A program made the translations under genes and the position numbers. The notes beneath the pieces are model-generated. The model made no database searches. It was not told where the DNA came from and was given only the letters and a program-made list of their open reading frames with translations. A stretch of 64,000 bases of DNA. It comes from Neophaeotheca triangularis (Eukaryota). The stretch lies in NCBI GenBank assembly GCA_054600435.1, contig BAAIJX010000003.1, positions 558,001 to 622,000 of the forward strand, in the 5' to 3' direction. Shown in pieces: positions 55,876-64,000 of this stretch. Position 1 is the first letter of the stretch. The number at the start of each line of letters is the position of its first letter.

Positions 55876-58862
55876 GGTTTGGGGTTATTGAGGGAGAGTA
55901 TAGAAGTCGGTTGTCCGGATGAGTAGTTGGAGGTAGGGTGAAGTATGGAGTAGTATGGACGTATCTTGGGCCGGGGATCAAAAAAGACGGGAGAGAGAGA
56001 GAAAGAGAAGGCAACAATGTACCTAGCTAGCATTTATTTACTCTACAAATCCTTTGTCCTTTGTCCGAGCCGGTCGTCAAGTCAGGTGGTGCAAATTTGA
56101 CGCTCAGGCAACTCGTGATCAGTCTTTCTGTAACGCTAAGCAGTTAACTGGAAAGTGGCTTCAGTTAACGGCAGGAGCATGGGGCGCATGCCGTCGTCTT
56201 TTAGTCAGACTTTGTCCTTTTCATATAATAACAATAAGTACCAAGTACTACTAAGGTACCTTATTACTAGCTAGTTCTGCGGGGCCGCGCCTAGCCCTAA
56301 CTTGTGCGAGCCCACTAGTACTACTGGTGACTGCGCGACTTGCAGAGATTTTCCCTTTTTCTTTGAGGTCGTCTTTGATGTGCATCTTTTTTAATCAGAC
56401 GGCATTGCTGTCTTTTATGCTAGATCTACTGTAGATGAAGACTCCGAATTCTGCCTGGTACTGGCCAAATAACATGAAAACTACAGCCATCATCGCCAGG
56501 AGGTGGGTACCAATACTGTATATTTGGCAAGGACCTCGCCTTCGTCTAGCACAATCCCGTCATTATTATTATTATTATTGTTCTTGGCCACACGTTAGAA
56601 CTTTGGACCGTCTGCAACGCGCTCCCGTCCCCGGCTCCGAGCAGATCATGCGCGCAGGTACTCAAAGACTAAACATGGCCCGGTACGCCAACTATGGGGT
56701 AATAGTGCGATCTGGAGCCAATTTTGATGGGGTAATACTTCTTGGAATCGCGAGATGATGATGACTTGTCCATGCCTTACTCGTCTTGCCTGCCCCCGTC
56801 ACCGTCAGCTGCATTGAATCATGCATCGCTCGCTTTGCGCTTTGCCGTTGATGCCTGGCGGTCAAATCGCTCGGGACACGTGTTGTTCGACATCAACACC
56901 ATCGTCCACTGCTACGGTAAGACCTCCGCCTAGAGCTCCGAGGACCGACAGCTCCCGTCCTTTAAGCCTCTGCCAATCGTAGTTTGCAGTCCAGCACGAG
57001 GCTAGATCGTCAGGTACTTACAAGTGGGTTTTAACATTATTCAATCTCTAACAAAAGTGCTCTTTCTAAACGAACTTGAGCGAGGTGACGGTTAACGTCG
57101 GTCGGAATTGTGCTTTTGTTAAGTTACAGTAAAAATACATGTAATCACGTAGGTACACGACTAGTGTACCGCGAGTACATAACAGTACATTACCTTACCT
57201 ACCTCCCAGTGGTACGAAGCGGCTGGGCTTCCCCCATCTCCTCTCCCCGCATTGCCCACTTGATGATGATGCAGGTGCAGGTAACGATAGCGTCTTGTAT
57301 CTGAGGCTGCTGACTCCTGACCCCTCATCAGTATCACCTTGGAAGTAGTCTTGGACGCCGCCCACGGTAACCCACCGCCGAGAAGAGCGGTACCTTCTCC
57401 GCCTCCCACACGGCTGGTTCAGGTTTCCACAGCAGGGCAGGCCGAGAAGCTCCTTCATCACATCATTCAGCTTCCGTCCGCGGCCACGAGAGCGAGCCGC
57501 CTGCCTGCTGTCACGAAAGCGTCGAAGCCTGTTCGTACGTTAAGTCTGGAGTACGACGGTCATGGACGTGGCCTCTCAGGCGGAGACATTTCATCATCAA
57601 GCGTTCAGAGGAGGTACCTTGGGTAAGTAGTGTAATAAGTCTGTGATAGTTACCGCCGACCAGCCAGCAAAACGTGGCAAAGAGCATGGCATTGGTCGTG
57701 AGTCTTTCGAGCTTGGCGGTCGATCCGAGGAGACAAGCAGTACTCGGTGCACGCGAGCCAGGTCGACAGGAGTCCCTCCTCTGCGGACGTTGCAATCAGG
57801 TAGCCACGGAGTTCCGGTCAGGCTGGTTTCTCGACTTCCTACCCGCCCGAAAAGGTACACGGAATACACAGACAGAACGCTCCATGCTCTGATGATGATG
57901 ACGATGATGATGAGGTACGAATGGTGACGATGTACGGATGCGGGGGTGATGATGTATTCACACCAAGTCCCATGCGAACTTAAGGTGAAGTTAGCAGTAA
58001 GGTAGGTATCCCCAACATCCAAACATGCGATTCCCTGGAGCCTACAGTACGACCGGCTCCCAATGGCTCGCAAGAAGCCACGCTAGCAAACGGCCGTTTT
58101 TCTCATTGTGGTCACAGACCTCGTGCCCGTTCTTCGAAAATTCGCCGGGATGTCTTTCACTTTCAGATATACCAGGGACGTCTCTATCCAGACAAGTCAA
58201 TACCGTCCCTAGCTACTCTCAGCCGAGTGTGCAACCAGCCTACTTCTCAAAAAGGTCGGTCGGAATACATGCATTTCCTCTCCTGACCTTTTGTCGAAGC
58301 CGCCCCGAAAGCCAATCCACCGCCTGCGAGGAAGTATGGGCACAGCGCTGGGGTTGGGGACTATGGGGGTTAGAGGTTTGTTGTCGAAGAGGTAGGTGTT
58401 GGTTGCTACGAGACTGTCTGGCTCTCATCGCATAGCTGGCCGTTTCAAAGTGTTGTTTTAGTTTGCTCTGTTCTATCTGGTCGGGGCTTGCAGTCTCAAT
58501 GACGGGTTGCGTTGCGGACACGGAAGTCATCGGTTGCGAAAGCAGGTGACGTTGGTAAGAAAATCACAATCACCTTCAGTGTAGTTTTAGCGATTCCAAT
58601 GAGGAATTGCAACTGGTATACATGCTACAAGCCTCCATCAGCAGCCGATCTCACTGATGGCAGTTTGCACAGCGCAAGCAACAGCATCTAAAGGATACAA
58701 TGCATTGCCACGCCCGCCGGACAATCAGACCCACGCTCAGCCATGCCTCGGAGACACAACGCCCGCTCCATGAATGAGGGAACTTCCAAACCGCCGCCCG
58801 TAGCCCATGTAGCGCCTTGAACACCCTCTCGTCTTTCGAAGTAAAATCGACTCTTGCAACCT

Positions 58863-61800
58863 TCAGCGCTTACGACCCTTGCCCTTGGACTTGGTGCCGC
58901 TGCCACCGCCAGAACCATTCGTATCGACGCTAGCGGCACGACTGTTCCCGTTGGGAGTGCCCTTGACACCGTTCAGGGCTTTGTTCTGCGAGACGTAAAG
59001 AGTTAATAATCGAACCACCGACTTCAAATCGGCCTAAAGGGCACACTAACCTTTGCACCAGCGGCAGCAGTCTTGCCCTTCTTCTTGCTGGGCGCCGCCT
59101 CCTCGTCTTCCTCCGACTCCACGGTATCCACAGCGCGCTTGTTGTCCTTGCTGATACTGGCGGCGGGCTCGAACTCGCGCGCGACGGTCGTGATGAGCGT
59201 CTGGCACCTACGGGCGATTTCCTGGGGGGTGCGGGACAGGAAGAACCAGTCGAAGCGGAAGAGCGGGCTCTCGCGGATCTCGTCGCGGATCTTGTCGTGC
59301 AGGTTATCGGCGTCGAGACCGTGCTTATCCATCATGACGATCAAGAAGCGGTCCTCCTCCTCGGTGTAGACCTTCTTGTTCGTCGTCGAAACGGTGTAGC
59401 TCAGCTTCATCTGCTGGATCGGAACGCGGTACATTTTCATCTTCCTGCGCAGCATGTCCTTGTGCTCGGCTGTCTTCTTCAGCTTGTTCTCGCCCTCTTC
59501 GATCTGATGGATATGCTTTTGCCAGTTCGCGATGCGCTTGTAGTGCTTCCAGAACGCTTTCGAGTAGATCTTGACTTCTTCCGCATCCTTGCCATCGACC
59601 TCGTCCGCGATGGCAGCATAGGCGTTGCGTCCGTACTTGGCTGTTCCGTTGACGAATTGCTGGAAGTCGCGCTTGTTCCACTGACCGAAACCTTCTGTTG
59701 CAAGCTGCTCTTTTTCTGCGATCTCGTCTTCGCTGAGCGGAGTCGCATCGTCGATCATGCGCTGCTCAAGAGACTGGTCTTCGAGGCGCTGATCCATGTT
59801 CTCCTCGTCACCATCGGGAAGAGGCGCCTTGATGTTGTTCTCCTTGCGGAAGTGGGCTGTTTCCTTCTCCTGGAGCTCAGCAAGGCGGGGGCTGAAGAAT
59901 TGATAGTCGTTGAGGGCGAGCTGCCTTGGTGCACGAGGCACCTTGGGCTTCTTGTCCTCGGTACGTCCTCCAGTCTGAAGAGCAGCACGATAGTACTTGT
60001 CCATGCTGTAGCTCTGCTCTTTGCGTTCACGCTTCGCTGGATTGATCCAGTTCATACCAATATCCTTCTTCTTAGCGCCGACGAAAGACTGACCATTCCA
60101 CTCGTAAGCTGCGCCGGCTTCTGAGCTGAACTTCTGAAGATCGTCCAAGCCGAGCTTCTCGTATTTGGCACTCATCTCCTTCGTACGTTCCTCTCCGCGA
60201 CGGAGAATGGCGTCGATGTCATCGTCAGACATTTCTCCTGGCTTGCTGAATGCGCCGCCATCATTCTGCTCAAAGACCTTTTCAGCACCGTGCTGGATCA
60301 TGCCCAGAAGCTCGTCCTTTGAAGCTGCTTGCTTGGCTTGCTGCTGCGATCGTCCTTGCTGAATGACTAGCTGGTCCAGACGAAGCTTTTGCGCAGCACG
60401 CTCCAACACCTTCTCCTCGATCGCATTCTCAGTGACGAAACGAAACACAACCACCTGCTTTGTTTGGCCGATACGGTGCGCACGGTCCATGGCTTGCAGA
60501 TCGGCCTGCGGGTTCCAGTCCGAGTCGAAAAGGACGACAATGTCAGCAGAAGTCAGGTTGATGCCAAGACCACCAGCACGCGTCGTGAGCAGAAAGAGGA
60601 ACTTCTCCGAGTCTGGCGCGTTGTAGTCGTCGATAGCCGCAATACGGTCTTCGTGTGCAGTCGAGCCGTCGATGCGGCAGTATTTGTAGCCCCTCATGAA
60701 AGAATAGTCTTCGAGGATGTCAAGAACACGCGACATTTGAGAGAAGATGAGCACACGGCTCCCTTGAGCCTTCATGCGTCTGAGCAGCTTGTCGAGCATG
60801 ACCATCTTTGCAGCATTGTCCACGAGGTGCTCATCGGTGGTGAAGGGGGGTCCGGGCTCTGCTCCATCGAAAAGGTAAGGGTGGTTGCAGCATTTTCGCA
60901 GTTGCATAACGATATTGAGGAGACGAGTCTTGCTCTCCTTGTTGCCACTAGCACCATTGACAGCGTCGATGTCCTTTTCGAGAATTTGTTTGTACCACTT
61001 GACTTGCATGTCGCTCATGCCGATGTACAGGTTGACTTCCTTCTTGGGCAGCAAGCTCTTCTCTACATCGGCCTTGACACGTCGCAGCAGGAAAGGACGA
61101 AGGACTTTGTGGAGTTGCTGGACAACGGCGTCTTGGTCAGCGTCCTGGTTGTTGAACCACTGGTCGAAGGCCTCGGAGTCTCCAAAGACGTCCGGCAGGA
61201 GGAAGTTGAGCAGGGCCCAAAGTTCGTGCAAGTTGTTCTGCAGTGGTGTACCGGTAATCAGAAGCCTGTTGCGAGAGTTGAATACACGGATGATCTGTGC
61301 AAGCGATGATTGCTCGTTCTTGATGCGATGTGCTTCGTCGATGATGATGTACTCCCAGGCGAACTTCTTCAGGTGTGACTTTTCGCGGAGCACCATTTCG
61401 TAAGATGTGATGCAGACGTCGAACTTCTCATCGATGAGTTGGTCGTTGATCAAGTCCTTGCGCTCGTCTTTGGCACCCTGAAGAACAAGCACATCGATTT
61501 CCGGGACCCACCTCTCACACTCGCGCTTCCAGTTGTCGAGGGTGGACTTGGGCACAACAACAAGATGCGGTCCGTTGATGTTTTGAACGAAGCGAAGGTA
61601 GCCCAGGAAGGATATCGTTTGGAGCGTCTTACCAAGACCCATCTCGTCTGCTAGGATACCAGAGATACCGTTCTCGTGCAGCCCAATAAGCCAATTGAGA
61701 CCGGCAACCTGGTAATCTCTCATCTCGCCGTGCACAAACGAAGGGCTCTCGCGGAAGAGAACCTCACTCTCCCTACCAGCCTCCTTGCCCTGACGCAGAA

Positions 61801-62230
61801 GCTCTGCATCTTCCTCCTTCTCAGTCCTCCTTCTCCTCTCCCCACCTGCGCCACCTTTACGCTTGTTGCCCTGGTTTTTGACCTCCTCCGCATGATCTTG
61901 CGCATCAATCTTTGCCAGAATCTCGCGAATTTGAGGATTAGGGTTGGTGTCGATGAAATGGCGGAAGAGGTCGGTCAGGCCGAGTAGATGGCGGAAACGT
62001 CGTATGCTGTCATCCTCCTTTGACTCGCCGAGTCGGTCGTGCTTCTTACCGAAGACACTCTTGCGAAGTGCGTTGCCCTCCCAGCGCTTCTTGCGGCCGT
62101 CGCCTTGTGCTGCGTCTCCAACTTCGCTGTTTGCTCCGGTGGGGTTGGATTCCGAGTCTGTGTAGTCCGGGGTATCGAGAACGTCTGGCATACTGGCATC
62201 GCCAGCGCCCAGGGTATCGGCGCCGCTCAT
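58863..62230 (-). CDS. ISW2: ISWI-family chromatin remodelling ATPase; exons 62230-59051, 58985-58863
   Basis: DBINO-like N-terminus, [30 protein letters not shown]-like [22 protein letters not shown] and HAND-SANT-SLIDE (YTEEEDRFL...FDWFFLSRT). Terminal intron GTTAGT...CAG. Confidence 0.95.
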
Positions 62231-62880
62231 TGTCGAGGCAATAAGGTGTGTGGTAGTCGGTGGAGCTCAGTCGCGCCTCGCGCCTTATGCGGCCTCGTCC
62301 GACCCTCCCAAAGCTCGAACTTTTTCGAGCGCGTCTCAATTAACGCGTCTACGCGTTTTCAGTAGTTGGAATTGAATGAAGGGTCAATTGCCGGTGTGTG
62401 AAGAGCTGGTGGATGGCGTATGGGAGATGGTGAGCGTGTCTGAAAGAGAGCGTGACGAGTGTGAAAGGTCTGTGGGGGAGAGTGGAAGGTGGAATGGTAG
62501 ACGTACCGTAACTTACATGTCCTAGCGCGATTTGAAGTGCGGGAAGGGACACCAGCCAATCGAAGCCAGACATCCAAGCCTTCCGCAGAGCCTCTCTGTA
62601 GACCGCAGGTGCAGGCGAGTGAATGCCTTCAGAGAGATACTCCCACCACACACATACAATGCACACATATAATGCAGCTAAGACTGTAACAAACGAGTAC
62701 AGGACATAGCTACGCTTTATACTATTCAGCTGCACCAATTTTGCATACAGCCATGTAACGCCGATCGATCATTGCGCCGTAGCCCTGACTAGCCGGCAAG
62801 TGTTCATAACATATTCGTATCGCCCTTAGCACGAGTCGCCACGATGCCCGCAAAGCAACGTAAGAAGGGGAGAAGATTCC

Positions 62881-64000
62881 ATGAAGGGACGAGCTGTTGA
62901 CTTACAGGATGCAGACCACCCAACAACAAGAGCATGGCTCCATGGCCTCTCTAATCCCGAAGATGTCAGAGCCAGCCGTTCAGACCAACCCAACTACTGG
63001 CTCTCACATCCGCAAAACCTAATCAGCACCACCAACATCCACAATATCTCCCTCGGCACAGGCGCTAGCATCTACCAATCCAACATCCTCCCTGCCATAG
63101 AAACGGCCCAGGACGAGGTAATCCTCGTAACTTGTTTCTGGGCGCGCTCACGCACGCTCGACATGCTTAACGCCAGTCTACGCAAACTCTCCTCCAAAGC
63201 GCAGAGCGAAGGCCGCCACATCCGCATTCGTATATTTTTCTCCTCGAGCTCTCTTTTCCAGAAACTGCTGCATACTTCCTCGCTGGCGGGGAAGGTGTAC
63301 GGGCCGGAGACGTGGCAGAAGAAGTTTGGGTTACCCTCGAAAGATGAAATCCCAGGGCTGGACTTGTCGATTAAGAGCATTTTCTTGCTACCTTTTAGCG
63401 TTATGCATCCGAAGTTTGTCGTCGTTGATCGCGAGAGGGTGTTCCTACCGAGTTGCAACGTCAGCTGGGAAGACTGGTTTGAGGGCTGCGTAGAGCTGAG
63501 TGGCAAGATTACGGAGCAGTTCCTGATGTTCTGGTCGAAATTCTGGAACGGCGACCAGGAGCAAATTGCGTGTGAAGACCGGTCGTCCAATGAACGCGAT
63601 ACATCATACCTCCAATCTAACAGTGTTCGAGAAGCGGCGGGCGAGCTCCTGGCCCAGGAAAACCTCACACTCAGTGGTGTCAGTGCCGTCTTCCTACCCT
63701 CACCGCATCATCGCAACCCGCGCTTCGTGCTACCTTGGCAGGAATGTCCACCACCTCCCCCAACGCCCCTGAATGTTTTCATCCTCGCAGCGCTGAACGG
63801 AGCGCAGACGCACATACGCGTACAAACACCCAACGTCACCGCACCCCCCGTTCTATCAGCCTTACTGTCCGCACTTCGCCGCGGCGTCGATGTCGAAATC
63901 GTCACAAGCGAACGACTCATGATACTGGAGCAGCTGATACTAGCCCAGAGCACGACACCCCGGTGCGTCAAGAAGCTCATCAAAAGGCACTCAGCACTCC
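62881..64000 (+). CDS. Phospholipase D/nuclease superfamily protein (partial, runs off the window end)
   Basis: Open frame from ATG 62881 to the window end, with AQDEVILVTCFW, MHPKFVVVDR...SCNVSWEDWFEG (HKD motif) and IRVQTPNVT. It is absent from the ORF track because there is no stop codon, and the start is uncertain. Confidence 0.8.
   Translation, partial: MKGRAVDLQDADHPTTRAWLHGLSNPEDVRASRSDQPNYWLSHPQNLISTTNIHNISLGTGASIYQSNILPAIETAQDEVILVTCFWARSRTLDMLNASLRKLSSKAQSEGRHIRIRIFFSSSSLFQKLLHTSSLAGKVYGPETWQKKFGLPSKDEIPGLDLSIKSIFLLPFSVMHPKFVVVDRERVFLPSCNVSWEDWFEGCVELSGKITEQFLMFWSKFWNGDQEQIACEDRSSNERDTSYLQSNSVREAAGELLAQENLTLSGVSAVFLPSPHHRNPRFVLPWQECPPPPPTPLNVFILAALNGAQTHIRVQTPNVTAPPVLSALLSALRRGVDVEIVTSERLMILEQLILAQSTTPRCVKKLIKRHSAL

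Noticed and set aside
58240..58530. 96-aa minus-strand ORF downstream of ISWI
   Set aside because: No homology recognised and no convincing splice structure.
59297..61309. 275-aa and 306-aa plus-strand ORFs over the ISWI gene
   Set aside because: Antisense shadows of a highly conserved CDS.
1..64000. Transposons, RIP-degraded repeats, CRISPR arrays, a secondary-metabolite cluster, or PTS1-generating stop readthrough
   Set aside because: No transposase or RT motifs, AT-rich RIP blocks, spaced direct repeats or PKS/NRPS genes were seen. The stop contexts I checked (phosphatase, amidase, XRCC2-like) did not show TGA-CTA readthrough to an SKL-type signal.
203..64000. PLD-family genes at both ends of the window as a functional cluster
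   Set aside because: They are about 57 kb apart, belong to different subfamilies and are separated by unrelated housekeeping genes, so this is likely coincidence.

Overview
Eukaryotic, gene-dense filamentous-ascomycete DNA: short GT-AG introns with CTRAC/CTAAC branch points. A Dothideomycete-like origin is an inference only. About 23 protein-coding genes, mostly housekeeping: phospholipase D1, a small Cys/His protein, glutamine synthetase, Mediator Med1, NCE102, a sterol glucosyltransferase, TAF8, SOM1, an XRCC2-like Rad51 paralog, Atf1 bZIP, Opy2, an amidase, an SHB17-like histidine phosphatase, a MOSC protein, UBC12, an Nbr1-like ZZ/FW autophagy receptor, a Btz/CASC3 protein, Spc98/GCP3, a WKF protein, proteasome alpha1, a DUF3602 protein, an ISWI ATPase and a partial PLD-like protein. 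There is also one apparently half-decayed gene with a probable 2-nt micro-exon. I recognised no tRNA, rRNA, CRISPR array or transposon. The most interesting candidates are: a hairpin in the long glutamine synthetase intron that sequesters a cryptic branch point and acceptor leading to a poison exon; the decayed gene at 53.4-54.5 kb; a uORF hidden in the atf1 5'UTR intron; a VPS13/ATG2-C-like tail on the glucosyltransferase; a 91-bp head-to-head SOM1/XRCC2 spacer; and a recurring C-rich to G-rich skew switch inside genes. All gene models were spliced by hand, and family calls come from motif recognition, not database searches.
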